Positions 36,520 to 47,172 are shown, counted from the stretch's first letter. The stretch is 64,000 nucleotides of DNA from an uncultured bacterium (GCA_903908715.1 CAIVSY010000111.1:58655-122654), one strand, 5' to 3'. Numbers and translations: made by a program. The notes: generated from the sequence alone by a model not told the origin.

Positions 36520-37617
36520 CTATCCATTGCCCAAAAGGGCAATCAGCACCAAATCAACGATAAAAAGGGCCACAATCGAAGCTTCCAGAATCAGCATGAG
36601 CCTGTTGTTGCTGTCCTGTTGAAGCATCGTATAAAGGCTGTCCAGCGTCCGCAACTTCTGAATCACGCTGTCTTCCCATTTTCCCAGATGAAATCTTTCC
36701 GCGCACCCCATGTAGACGCGGGCCAAGTGCCAGTCCCCGAAGAACTTGGAGATATTGGAAAGTTCGTCGGCCATCTTGGTGATGTCCATCCGAATCCCGC
36801 GCAGCTCTTTCAAGACACGGCTGCGAGCGCCTAGTGCATGCACTTTCGCAGCCCGCTCCACGTCATCATAGGCCTTGTCGAGTGCACGGTCCAGCATCTG
36901 ATCGTAGGCGCGCCACTGGCCCAATTGGACACTCGCCAGTTCCATTACGTACAAGGTGTCACTGAACTCGCCCGGTTTGTCCAGAACCAGCGAGGCATCC
37001 CAATCCACAACCACCAGGTCATTCCCGTAATAGGCGTAGGAATGCTGCAGTGTCTCCCCAACCTCCTGCAGGCTCAAGATCGAAGCCCTCGCCTCGCCGG
37101 CCAGGAGCCCGGCAACCTCACGTCTATGGGACTCCAGCCATGCCCCGCTGTCCTCCTGCTCCAACGGGGTCTCCACACAGTAAACCGTATACACTTCCGG
37201 ACCGGACAGGGATTCAACGGGGGTGTCCAATCCGGCGCGGATACGCTCAAATACCCGCCTGGCAATCTGATCCGCACGGTCCTGCAACATTCCGCCATCC
37301 GCAAACACAAGCCGCCGGTACCGCAGCAACTCCCCCACCGAACCGCAGTTCACAGGAATGCGGATCTTCACCGACAGGGCGCCAACGGAAAAAATTTTCA
37401 CCGAAGGAAGAAGGCGTATCACTTCCCCATCCGTTTCTTCCGTGATTTCCTGCATCTGGACCGAGAGGGGACGGTAGACAGGAAACCCCATCGGCGAATC
37501 CTTGAGCCGCCCGAAACGGAAAGGCTCGAGCGGCTCACGCATGGCGACCTCTATGGATTTGAGATCCGCTTCCTGCGCAATGTCGTAGGCATGGAAATAT
37601 ACAACTTCAGCCTTCAT
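36520..37617 (-). CDS. Hypothetical membrane-anchored protein (cytoplasmic domain plus single C-terminal TM segment; DUF155/Rmd1-like architecture possible)
   Basis: Start trimmed to ATG 37617 (MKAEVVYFHAYD). C-terminal LMLILEASIVALFIVDLVLIALLG. Confidence 0.45.
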   Translation of the reverse strand: MKAEVVYFHAYDIAQEADLKSIEVAMREPLEPFRFGRLKDSPMGFPVYRPLSVQMQEITEETDGEVIRLLPSVKIFSVGALSVKIRIPVNCGSVGELLRYRRLVFADGGMLQDRADQIARRVFERIRAGLDTPVESLSGPEVYTVYCVETPLEQEDSGAWLESHRREVAGLLAGEARASILSLQEVGETLQHSYAYYGNDLVVVDWDASLVLDKPGEFSDTLYVMELASVQLGQWRAYDQMLDRALDKAYDDVERAAKVHALGARSRVLKELRGIRMDITKMADELSNISKFFGDWHLARVYMGCAERFHLGKWEDSVIQKLRTLDSLYTMLQQDSNNRLMLILEASIVALFIVDLVLIALLGNG

Positions 37618-37713
37618 GGGGGGCCCTCCAGCTGAATGATACCGTTTCCCACGAAAAAAACCAATCCCACCGGCCCCACTTCCCCACACCCTGCGTCCAG
37701 CAACGGGCGACTG

Positions 37714-39024
37714 TCAGCCTTCAACAACTTGCATGGCAATCCCGGCCCATTCCGTCAGACGAGCCGGATCATATCGTACCGTGCTGATATCCTTGAGAAT
37801 GATCTCCAGAGGACACCCGTGCCTTTGACAGATCGTGCGCGTTGCCAGAAGATCGGCTCTCACCTGGTCCCCATGGAACTGGTCCGTAGCGAGAAAGGCA
37901 GGACTGGGCTTGCGGGAGTACACGAATTCGTCGCGCATTTCCGCTGCCCCGCGCTCCTGATCGACCCACGGGCTCATGGAAACCTTGCGGACGTTCGGAA
38001 TCTTACGCACCTGCGCCATCTTCATGTCCAAGGGTTCACAGCAGCCGTAATAGACCAACCCGAAGCGCCTGGCGATCCGGCTGACATATGTTACCTCGAA
38101 TTCATCGAACATGTCGGGTGAAACCGTACCCAGCATCTGCGCCATGGAGAACATCCAAAGGTCCTTGACCCTCGGGGAATCCGGATTATAGCCGGGCGCC
38201 GGCAGGTCATCCGTATAAGCCCCCGTGCAATGCACTTCATCCTGCGGACCGCAAAGCAATCCCTGCGCCTCCAACTGGTCCAGTTGGCTCAAATATCCAT
38301 CCGTCACACGGGAAAGCAGCTCATGCATCAGTTCCGGGTTGTCTACCATCATGTAAAGGGCATTCTCAACCCCCATCCACATGGAGACGGGGTCCCAGAT
38401 GGTCTTGTAGGACGGATCCGCCCCGGACGCGCGCACTTCCAGCAAGCCATCGAAAAGCTCATGCGCGACCGCCATCTTCTGCTCCGTTTCAGCGGCCTCA
38501 TGCCAGATGCGGGGCATCTTGATCTTCTCAAGATCCTCCATGGTGTTGAACTGGTTCTCGTACTTGTGCCCAACGACGCTGTTTGAGGGATCGCCCACCG
38601 CAATCTCCTCCTGGATCGAAACGCCAAAACCCGTATTGTGGATAACCTTGTGCACGTCAATATAAGACTCCACGACCTTATCCACCGGGAAATGCCGCCA
38701 CTGGTAGAGGGTCTTCCGCAGAATGTCCTCGTAGTAGCGGCAGAAGGAATCCGTGCAACGCAAGGTCAACTCATCGTTGACGTTGATCTCGTTCCAGCAC
38801 ACCTGATCGATCATGACCATCGGACGGACCGGCTTGCGTGCGTTGAGCTTACGCCACATGGCGCGCTTCTCTGCCTGGACAGGCAACGCTGCAATTTCCG
38901 CAACACGGGCCGCCAAGTCGCGTATGATCTTCTTGTCCTGCGCACATATCTTCATGGTGTCCAAACTCTCTCCCATTGCCTGACCCAAGAGGGCACGGTC
39001 TGCCATCGACATGAACCGACGCAA
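37714..39024 (-). CDS. Hypothetical protein (URO-D/MtaA-like fold suspected)
   Basis: 436 aa, natural composition, no TM segment. Weak resemblance to uroporphyrinogen-decarboxylase-family (MtaA/CmuA-type) proteins. Confidence 0.4.
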   Translation of the reverse strand: MRRFMSMADRALLGQAMGESLDTMKICAQDKKIIRDLAARVAEIAALPVQAEKRAMWRKLNARKPVRPMVMIDQVCWNEINVNDELTLRCTDSFCRYYEDILRKTLYQWRHFPVDKVVESYIDVHKVIHNTGFGVSIQEEIAVGDPSNSVVGHKYENQFNTMEDLEKIKMPRIWHEAAETEQKMAVAHELFDGLLEVRASGADPSYKTIWDPVSMWMGVENALYMMVDNPELMHELLSRVTDGYLSQLDQLEAQGLLCGPQDEVHCTGAYTDDLPAPGYNPDSPRVKDLWMFSMAQMLGTVSPDMFDEFEVTYVSRIARRFGLVYYGCCEPLDMKMAQVRKIPNVRKVSMSPWVDQERGAAEMRDEFVYSRKPSPAFLATDQFHGDQVRADLLATRTICQRHGCPLEIILKDISTVRYDPARLTEWAGIAMQVVEG

Positions 39025-39126
39025 AAACTATGGGGTATCACGTCAGGAGTCAACTTCCATCACAACGGCTGCGGAACAACTGCTTTGGGCTTTCCTCTCA
39101 GAGCCGAATGTTCCTATAATGGCCGG

Positions 39127-42100
39127 GTGAAAGCATTGCGTACCCTTGTCATGCTCTTGCTGGCAACCGCCCTCTATTCGGTCCGGCATACCCTGCAAGG
39201 GGATCACACACCCTTATCCCCTACCGCCGGTCCGCATGCCAGTCCCTTGCACGCAGACGCCAGAGGAATCCCAAACGCCCCTCTCCCACCCCCGCAAAAC
39301 GTAACGGGTACAATACCGGCGGCCATGAGCCCTGGTCCAGACCCCACCTCGCAACTTCCGACAGTTGCATCCCGCTTCACACCCATCTCCCCCGCCGGCC
39401 AGTTGACCCGAGTGGTGCGCCTGGTGCGCACGAATACCAAGTACGCCTTCTGGCGTATCGAGGAAATCCGCGGAACGGCATCCGGCCCTACCCCGCCTTC
39501 CACCCGCTCCCGTATGATTGCTGTGGCCGACCACGTGATTGTCCGCACCAAGCCGGGCCTACCGCGGAACACCCTCGCGGCTGTTTGTGCCCGCCACGGC
39601 GCCACCATACGGAAGTCCCTTCACCTGCCTGATCACTACCTTGTTGCCGTTCCAGAGGCCGATCTGGATACACTCCCCAATCTCATGGCCCGCCTGAACA
39701 GCGAAACCTCTTCCATCCTCTACGCCGAACCTGACCATATTGTTTTTGCCACCCAGACCTTTCCCAATGATCCCTCCTTCACCAACCTCTGGGGACTGCA
39801 TAACACAGGACAATCCGGAGGCAAGACAGATGCCGATATCGACGCTCCGGAAGCCTGGGATATCTCCCAGGGGAGCCCGGAAATGATTGTTGGCGTGATC
39901 GATTCCGGCGTGGATCTCTCCCATCCGGACTTGGCCTCGAACATCTGGACTAATCCCATGGAAACGGCGAACGGGCTGGATGATGACGGCAATGGCTATG
40001 TCGACGACCTCAACGGATGGGATTTCCTGACGGAGGACAATTCCCCCAGCGACGCCAATTCACACGGGACTCACTGTGCCGGCACCATTGCGGCCATCGG
40101 CAACAACGACCTTGGGGTCGCCGGGCTGACCTGGCGATGCAAGATCATGCCCCTGCGTTTCCTGGATGCGAGTGGAAGCGGGACCACTTCCGACGCCATG
40201 GAAGCCATTCTCTATGCAACCGACCTGCGGCGCCGCGGCATCCCTATCCGCCTCACCAGCAACAGCTGGGGTGGCGGCGGAGATCTGTCACTTTCCGAAG
40301 CCATCCGTGCCAGTGGCGAAGCGGGCATGCTGTTTGTTGCAGCCGCCGGAAACTCCGGATCCAACAACGACCTTCAGCCTTTCTATCCAGCCAGTTATTC
40401 CTGGGACAATATCATCTCGGTGGCGGCAACAGACCGCCTGGATGAACGCGCAAGCTTTTCCTGTTATGGCGCAAACTCCGTGGATCTGGCTGCGCCCGGC
40501 TCCGACATCTACAGCACGGTACCCGGCGGCTACGGATCGAAGAGCGGCACCTCGATGGCCACCCCGCATGTGGCCGCCCTCGCCGCCCTCCTGTGGAGCG
40601 AACGACCCGAAGCCAGTCCTGCCGAAATCCGCACCCTTCTCTTCTCTACCGTGGATCCGCTGCCCTCGCTCGCCGGGAAAATGGTCACAGGCGGAAGAAT
40701 CAACGCCCGGAAGGCACTCGAGAAGCTTTTCCGGATCACGCATTCCCCCGCCGGAAACCGCATCAATACTGGATCCCCTTACGTCATAACGGCCAGCATA
40801 GCCCCGCCAGCCCTGGCGGATACCAATCAGGTGTGGCTGTACTGGAATCAGGATGAATCCACCAATTTCCTGGCAGTCCCGATGGAGCCGGTCCAGTCAA
40901 ACCTGTTCCAGGCATCCATCCCCACCCAACCGGAAGGGTCCACCATCAGCTACTGGCTGAAGGCTGTATCCCTCTCCGGCTTGACTGCGACGCACCCGTC
41001 CAACGCACCCGGCGCCATTCACCGCTTCACCCTGATGCCATCCGTGACCCTGGAGGTCACCGGAACACCGGGAACCAACGGCCCGGCAAGCCCCGATTAC
41101 GGGCTACACATCCTCCCGTCAAACATGGAAGTAACGGCCACCGCCGTATGGCATACCACCCCACTGCAAGGAGCAAGATGGGCCTGCCTCGGCTGGACCG
41201 GTACAGGCGATACGCCCGAGAGCGGTTCCTCCAATTCCCTGGTCTTCACCCTGGATCATCCCTCAACCCTCGAATGGCGCTGGACCAGGGAATTCGGACT
41301 GGATCAGACCACCCTGGTGGCAGGCGTCCAGGAAACCACAACCTGGTGGCAGGCCGACTCCACAGCCACAACCCTCACCGCACCGGAAAGCCTTGCACGC
41401 CAGGGAACCAACTTCATGTTCGTCTACTGGAATCTGGATGGAGCCCGTCAACCCTCCCCCGAAGAACCAGCCGTGAACCCCATTGCCGGTATCCCAATGG
41501 GAGCGCCACGCAAAGCCTCAGCCCTATATGTATCCGCCGACCTTGACGCCGATGCCGACACCATGCCGGACTGGTGGGAACTGCGGTTCTTCGGCACAAC
41601 CAATGCCGCTCCGGAAAGCGATGACGATGGCGATGGGTTCTCCAACCTGGATGAGTACCGGGATCACACCTCGCCCCGCAGCACCAATGACGCCCCCGTT
41701 CTGCCCCTGATTCTTCATACGCCCTTGGAAGACCCGATGCCCCGCCCTGCCCCGTACACGTTGGAAGCCTATGTGGCCGATAATTTCGATGTGGCCGACG
41801 TTATGCTGTTCTGGATCCGTTCCGGCAATCCTGTGCAATCCATTCCAATGACAGAAGCCCCGGATATCAACCAATATTCAGCCATAATTCCCGCGCCGGG
41901 CACGAACGGAGATGTCCTTGTGTACTGGATCACTGCCAGTGATCCGCTGGGCCAGACCGCCACCAACGGCCCTCACACCGTGCATGTTTCCTATCCCTTG
42001 CTGCAAGTCACCCCTCACGCCTTTTCTCCTGTTGTCGAGCCCCAGACAACCACCAATCAACCCCTCTCCATCAAAAATCTCGGGAATGCCGTACTGGATA

Positions 42101-44184
42101 CCGTCATCCAGGCCATCCACGCCGGCTATTCGAACACTTTCGACTCGAGCGCCGGAGAATGGGTCACAAGCGGAACCGGCGGCCCCTGGAACCTTTCCTC
42201 CAACCGGTTTATCTCGGCACCCCTCGCGTGGTATTGCGGCAATCCCGTCACGCGCCGCTACTCCAGCAGTATGCACGCCCGCCTGGATTCGCCTCCCTTT
42301 TACCTGGGCAGCAATTCTGTCCTCTCCTTCAATCATTGGATCAAGTCGGAACTCGACACTCAGTACGGGCGCTACGGATGGAAACCCAATCATGCATGGG
42401 ACGGCGGCATCGTCGAGATTTCCACCAACAGCGGCGTCGCCTTCCACCAGATCGCTCCGCTCGGCGGATACTCCCACGCCATAACCGGGTGGAGTCAATC
42501 CCCCTGGCCTTCGGAAACCCCATGTTTCGCCGGGTCAGGCGCATGGTCACAGGCGGTCTTCGATCTGGGCGCCTACTCAAGGAAACTCATCATCCTGCGG
42601 TTTCACTTCGGAACGGACTCGAACACCGAGGATGAGGGGTGGTATATCGACAACGTGGTCATCTCCCCCTCTCCATCAACCGAACCATGGCTTTCATGGC
42701 ACCCCACAAACCTCTCGATTCAGGCCTATTCAGGCAGCACTGCCACGATTTCCTTTGCCGCCGGCACGATCCCCACCGGCGACCGCGAGGCCGCACTCGT
42801 GGTAACCTGCAATGACCCTGTCACACCGTCGACAGTCATCCCCATCCATCTACGCGTACGTTCAAAACCCCTGCTCGCCCCCCTGACTGCCGCACAGACC
42901 TCCACCAATGGCGAAGGATGGGTAACCCTGTCCACCTCCGTTCAGGACAAGGATGGCGACCCTTGCTCCATTGAACTGGAATGGACGACCAATAGCAGTT
43001 CATGGGGCAAGGCGTGGATCCGCTCCGCTTCACCCGGCTTCGGATCCGCTTCGACACAAACCTCCACCCCTCCCCAGGTCACCAACATCCTGACGACCGA
43101 CGCAACCCAGATGATTACCAATTCGATTTCGTTAATCTGGGATACATCCACCAATGGGAACAACCTCGGATACACCTCATCGGCACGCATTCGCGCGCGC
43201 CCAATCGACTCCTGGATGTCGGGCACATGGCAGACAAGCGCGCTCCTCACCGTGGATAATGTGGCCCCGCCGGCCGTCCCCCGGTTTACGAATCTCGCGC
43301 AATCCGTGGGAACCTGGTCCCCCGACCCTTCCATGAACCTTTTCTGGCGCCGAGTGACAGACATCGGAACCGGTCTGGCAGGATATCGCATCACAATCCG
43401 GAACAGCACACTGGCGATCCTGAATCAATACGATACCACCGAAACCTCGCTGCGCACACCTTCCCTCCCCGACGGTTCCAACTGGTGGGCATCCGTCTCC
43501 CCGAGGGATCTTCGTGGCAATCTCGGCCCGGCCGTTACGATTGGCCCCTATGCCATGGATACGATGCCGCCATCAGCCACCTCCGCCGTCATCCATCTGG
43601 ATTTTGGCCCCGGCCGGACCTGCCTTGTGGCCTCCGATCATTTTCCAGCCAGCTGGGCGGGATTTTCCGACTCCGGCTCGGGAATCTCCGGGTATTTCTG
43701 CGCTCTGGCCCCAACCCAACCGCTCCCGGCTTCCCCTTGGAACCCTGCGTCAACCGCCATAGTCACCGGCGTTCAAATGGACCTGACCAATGTCGTTCAA
43801 GTGTGGGCAATCGACAAGACCGGATGGATCAGCCCGCCGGCAACCCGTGCCTTCCTGGCTCTTAGTGCAGGCGGGGATTGGGACCGCGACGGCATGCCAA
43901 ACCTGTCCGAAGGCACCGCAGGAACAGACCCCGCCAACTCTTTAAGCCTTCTCCGCCTGGAAACACAGGCTAACCCGGATGGATCCATCACTCTCTCATG
44001 GCCGGCATTCACAAACCGGCTTTACACACTTGCCTGGCATGATACGCTGCTCCCCGCGGACGCTAACTGGCTGCCTCTGACGAATTGTCTTCGAATTTCC
44101 GGCATGGACGGCAGGATGATGCATACCGATCAGGTTCGGACCAACCCCGCCCGTTTCTACCGGTTAACCGTGGAGGAACCATGA
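39127..44184 (+). CDS. Secreted subtilisin-like serine peptidase (S8) with a very large C-terminal multidomain region
   Basis: In-frame GTG 39127 (or ATG 39151) gives signal peptide KALRTLVMLLLATALYS. TATAAT lies 9 nt upstream. S8 triad contexts VIDSGVD, HGTHCAG and GTSMATPHVA. About 1,300 aa of β-rich repeats follow, including a MAM/jelly-roll-like block (GWYIDNVVI). The track ORF starts earlier only because it runs antisense through the upstream gene. Confidence 0.85.
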   Translation: MKALRTLVMLLLATALYSVRHTLQGDHTPLSPTAGPHASPLHADARGIPNAPLPPPQNVTGTIPAAMSPGPDPTSQLPTVASRFTPISPAGQLTRVVRLVRTNTKYAFWRIEEIRGTASGPTPPSTRSRMIAVADHVIVRTKPGLPRNTLAAVCARHGATIRKSLHLPDHYLVAVPEADLDTLPNLMARLNSETSSILYAEPDHIVFATQTFPNDPSFTNLWGLHNTGQSGGKTDADIDAPEAWDISQGSPEMIVGVIDSGVDLSHPDLASNIWTNPMETANGLDDDGNGYVDDLNGWDFLTEDNSPSDANSHGTHCAGTIAAIGNNDLGVAGLTWRCKIMPLRFLDASGSGTTSDAMEAILYATDLRRRGIPIRLTSNSWGGGGDLSLSEAIRASGEAGMLFVAAAGNSGSNNDLQPFYPASYSWDNIISVAATDRLDERASFSCYGANSVDLAAPGSDIYSTVPGGYGSKSGTSMATPHVAALAALLWSERPEASPAEIRTLLFSTVDPLPSLAGKMVTGGRINARKALEKLFRITHSPAGNRINTGSPYVITASIAPPALADTNQVWLYWNQDESTNFLAVPMEPVQSNLFQASIPTQPEGSTISYWLKAVSLSGLTATHPSNAPGAIHRFTLMPSVTLEVTGTPGTNGPASPDYGLHILPSNMEVTATAVWHTTPLQGARWACLGWTGTGDTPESGSSNSLVFTLDHPSTLEWRWTREFGLDQTTLVAGVQETTTWWQADSTATTLTAPESLARQGTNFMFVYWNLDGARQPSPEEPAVNPIAGIPMGAPRKASALYVSADLDADADTMPDWWELRFFGTTNAAPESDDDGDGFSNLDEYRDHTSPRSTNDAPVLPLILHTPLEDPMPRPAPYTLEAYVADNFDVADVMLFWIRSGNPVQSIPMTEAPDINQYSAIIPAPGTNGDVLVYWITASDPLGQTATNGPHTVHVSYPLLQVTPHAFSPVVEPQTTTNQPLSIKNLGNAVLDTVIQAIHAGYSNTFDSSAGEWVTSGTGGPWNLSSNRFISAPLAWYCGNPVTRRYSSSMHARLDSPPFYLGSNSVLSFNHWIKSELDTQYGRYGWKPNHAWDGGIVEISTNSGVAFHQIAPLGGYSHAITGWSQSPWPSETPCFAGSGAWSQAVFDLGAYSRKLIILRFHFGTDSNTEDEGWYIDNVVISPSPSTEPWLSWHPTNLSIQAYSGSTATISFAAGTIPTGDREAALVVTCNDPVTPSTVIPIHLRVRSKPLLAPLTAAQTSTNGEGWVTLSTSVQDKDGDPCSIELEWTTNSSSWGKAWIRSASPGFGSASTQTSTPPQVTNILTTDATQMITNSISLIWDTSTNGNNLGYTSSARIRARPIDSWMSGTWQTSALLTVDNVAPPAVPRFTNLAQSVGTWSPDPSMNLFWRRVTDIGTGLAGYRITIRNSTLAILNQYDTTETSLRTPSLPDGSNWWASVSPRDLRGNLGPAVTIGPYAMDTMPPSATSAVIHLDFGPGRTCLVASDHFPASWAGFSDSGSGISGYFCALAPTQPLPASPWNPASTAIVTGVQMDLTNVVQVWAIDKTGWISPPATRAFLALSAGGDWDRDGMPNLSEGTAGTDPANSLSLLRLETQANPDGSITLSWPAFTNRLYTLAWHDTLLPADANWLPLTNCLRISGMDGRMMHTDQVRTNPARFYRLTVEEP

Positions 44185-44531
44185 TTCGAAAAGCCGCCGA
44201 AATGAAAACCGAAGTCCGCTCCGCCATGCGCGGAGGGTCCGGGTCCGTCACCATCCAGCATTTCTTCGAAAAGGAAGAAATCACCGCCAAGTCGCGCCTG
44301 TGCGCCCGCCTGACACTTCCGCCTGGATCCAGCATTGGCGTGCATGATCACGTGAACGAGGATGAAGTCTACATCATTACAAAAGGCACCGGGGTCTTGA
44401 ACGACGGAAAGTCCAACACGCCTGTTTCCGCCGGGGACGCGGTTCTCACGGGCAAAGGGGAATCACACGCCATCACCAATACCGGCTCATCCGATCTGGA
44501 AATCATCGCCGTCATCCTGTGCTATGCCTGA
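44181..44531 (+). CDS. Cupin domain protein
   Basis: 116 aa from ATG 44181 (GGAGGA ribosome-binding site). The start overlaps the peptidase stop (ATGA). Cupin motifs G(V)HDH…E and G…H…N. Confidence 0.65.
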   Translation: MIRKAAEMKTEVRSAMRGGSGSVTIQHFFEKEEITAKSRLCARLTLPPGSSIGVHDHVNEDEVYIITKGTGVLNDGKSNTPVSAGDAVLTGKGESHAITNTGSSDLEIIAVILCYA

Positions 44532-45648
44532 CCCCGAAGCCATGCTGCCAGATACCCTCCTCCTGCCTGCCCACGTCCTGCACACAAGGGGAGCCATTCG
44601 TAAACTGCTTCCGGAATGCCTCCGCTACGGCCGCCGGGGTCTCATCCTTCACGGACGGGCACTGGAAACCCGCGGCACCGTCGCCTCCCTCCTGGGCCCC
44701 GCCCCGGACGGCTCTGATCTCGTCATTCTCCGCCATCAAGGCGGGGAACCAACCGTCGCCGAACTCGACGCCCTGATCCAGAAAATCCATGCGCATGGCA
44801 CCGAATGGGTCGCTGGAATCGGCGGGGGCAGTGTACTGGACCTCGCCAAAGCCGCCGCCGCCCTCGCAAATGCACCCCGCGACCCCTGGCAATACCATGA
44901 TGGCGCGCCATTGGAAACTCCCGGCATTCCTTTCATCGCCGCCCCCACCACGGCAGGAACCGGCTCGGAGGCCACCGTCAATGCTGTTCTGACGAACGAG
45001 CGGACCAACTGCAAGAAATCAATCCGGGATCATTCCATGATGGCGCGCATCGTCATCCTGGATGCCGACCTCCTCACTTCCTGCCCGCATCCCGTCATCG
45101 CGGCCTCAGGAATGGACGCCCTCACACAGGCAATCGAGGCCTTCACCAGCCGGCATGCAACCACCTTCAGTGACGCCCTCGCCCTGGAAGGCATCCGCCT
45201 CCTGTCCGCCAACCTTCTCCCTGGCTGGGAAAATCCGGAGAGCCCGCATATGGACGCCCTTCTGTCCGGCAGTTTCCTGGCAGGCATCGCCCTGTCTTCC
45301 GCCCGGCTGGGCGTCGTTCATGGCATTGCCCACCCCCTGGGTTCCATCTACCATATGCCCCACGGGCAAGTCTGCGCCGCATGCCTGCCGCATGCCATCG
45401 ACCTAAACCGGGAAGTCATCGGAAGGAAATATGACCGGATGAGTCAGACGATTGGCACCGACCTTCAGACCTTTGTCAGACAACTCGCCTCCGGGCTCGG
45501 ACTGGGACGCCCTTTCGCCGGTCTGCCTGTGAAAGACCGCGAACGAATCATCGCCGAAACCTTGTCATCCGGCTCCACCAAGGCAAACCCCAAGACCATC
45601 GACCGCAAGGATGTGGAATGGATGCTGGACCGCCTTTTCAGAATCTAG
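44524..45648 (+). CDS. Iron-containing alcohol dehydrogenase family protein
   Basis: 374 aa. Fe-ADH GGGSVLD nucleotide motif and metal-binding His cluster (HGIAHPLG, HMPHG). Overlaps the cupin gene by 8 nt. Confidence 0.8.
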   Translation: MPDPEAMLPDTLLLPAHVLHTRGAIRKLLPECLRYGRRGLILHGRALETRGTVASLLGPAPDGSDLVILRHQGGEPTVAELDALIQKIHAHGTEWVAGIGGGSVLDLAKAAAALANAPRDPWQYHDGAPLETPGIPFIAAPTTAGTGSEATVNAVLTNERTNCKKSIRDHSMMARIVILDADLLTSCPHPVIAASGMDALTQAIEAFTSRHATTFSDALALEGIRLLSANLLPGWENPESPHMDALLSGSFLAGIALSSARLGVVHGIAHPLGSIYHMPHGQVCAACLPHAIDLNREVIGRKYDRMSQTIGTDLQTFVRQLASGLGLGRPFAGLPVKDRERIIAETLSSGSTKANPKTIDRKDVEWMLDRLFRI

Positions 45649-45866
45649 GCACAAGCAAACCATCGCAACCACGGATCGAGCAGACATCGGCTTCGCTTCA
45701 GGCGTGGCAGCCCTCACAAACACTATTGCTTTCCACAAGTCATTCTGGCATAGGGTCCATTTCGCAGAAACGGGTATCGGCAAGAAGAGCAAACGACAAC
45801 ACCGGGGCCGACAACGCCGGGCATTCAGAAAGTCATAATAGAAACAATCAGGAAAACAGGATAGCC

Positions 45867-47135
45867 ATGCAGAGAAAACAGCAAACTCCCATTCGCGTCG
45901 GCGTCATCGGCGTGGGCCGCGGTGAGAGCTTCGCGAACGGCGCCAACGACCTCACCGGCATGAAGCTGGTCGCGCTCTGCGACCAGTGGAAGGAGCGCGT
46001 GGAACGATCCGCGAAGAACTACGGCGTAACCGCTTACACCGACTTCGACAAGTTCCTCGAGCATGACATGGATGCCGTGATCCTGGCGAACTACTTCCAC
46101 GAACATGCCCCCTTCGCCATCAAGGCGCTGGAAGCAGGCAAGCACGTGATGAGCGAGTGCAGCAGCAACGCCACCCTCGCAGAAGGCGTCGCCCTGTGCC
46201 GCGCGGTCGAGAAGTCAAAGAAAATCTACATGCTCGCCGAGAACTACCCCTACACGAAGTTCAACATGGAGATGCGCCGCCTGTACGGGACCGGTGAGAT
46301 CGGACGGGTCATGTTCGCCGAGGGCGAGTACAACCACCCTATGGACATCGAATCCAACGCCTCGATCTCACTGGGCGAGAAGCATTGGCGCAACTGGATT
46401 CCCTCCACCTACTACTGCACCCATGCGCTGGCGCCGCTGATGATGATCACCGACACCATGCCCATCTCCGTGAACGCCCATGCCATAGCCGGCCGCGATG
46501 TGACCGAGGCGGACTACGCCGGCAAGCGGAACGACCCCGGCAGCTGCATCCTCTGCCGCATGGACAACGGAGCGGTCTTCCACATCTTCGGACTCTGGTG
46601 TCCGGGGCACAGCAACTGGTACCGCGTCCACGGCACCAAGGGCGCCATGGAGGTCGTGCGCGGCCACGGTTACTTCGGCACCGAGCAGGTCCGCGTCTGG
46701 CACGAGGAATGGCACCGCGGCAAAGGCGTGCCGTCCGAACGGGTCTATGTTCCCGACTGGCCGGAGCACGGCGACCTTGCGAGCCGGGCCGGCCACGGCG
46801 GCGGTGACTTCTGGACCAACTTCGAGTTCGTCAATGCCATCCGCACCGGCAAGCAGCCGTACCTCGACGTCTACCGCGGCGTGGCCATGAGCTCGGTCGG
46901 CATTCTTGCCTGGAAGAGCGCGTTACAGAACGGCGCGCCATTCGAGATGCCGGACTGGAAGAAGGAATCCAGCCGCAAGAAGTGGGAGAACGACCAGTGG
47001 TCGCCGTTCCCGTCGCATGCCAACCGCCAGCCCAACCAGCCGCCGCCCAGCATCCTCGGGATGAACGAGCCCTCGGCCGCGAACATGGCCCGGGCCCGCA
47101 AGCTATGGAAGAAGCATGGCTACAAAGGGAAGTGA
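45867..47135 (+). CDS. Gfo/Idh/MocA family oxidoreductase (paralogue 1, GHGGGDFW motif)
   Basis: Start at ATG 45867. IRVGVIGVGRG Rossmann motif. Shares ENYPY and AGHGGGDFW blocks with the ORFs at 50874 and 55144. Confidence 0.8.
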   Translation: MQRKQQTPIRVGVIGVGRGESFANGANDLTGMKLVALCDQWKERVERSAKNYGVTAYTDFDKFLEHDMDAVILANYFHEHAPFAIKALEAGKHVMSECSSNATLAEGVALCRAVEKSKKIYMLAENYPYTKFNMEMRRLYGTGEIGRVMFAEGEYNHPMDIESNASISLGEKHWRNWIPSTYYCTHALAPLMMITDTMPISVNAHAIAGRDVTEADYAGKRNDPGSCILCRMDNGAVFHIFGLWCPGHSNWYRVHGTKGAMEVVRGHGYFGTEQVRVWHEEWHRGKGVPSERVYVPDWPEHGDLASRAGHGGGDFWTNFEFVNAIRTGKQPYLDVYRGVAMSSVGILAWKSALQNGAPFEMPDWKKESSRKKWENDQWSPFPSHANRQPNQPPPSILGMNEPSAANMARARKLWKKHGYKGK

Positions 47136-47172
47136 GCAGAGTTCATAAAATGAACCGCAAAGATGCACCCTC

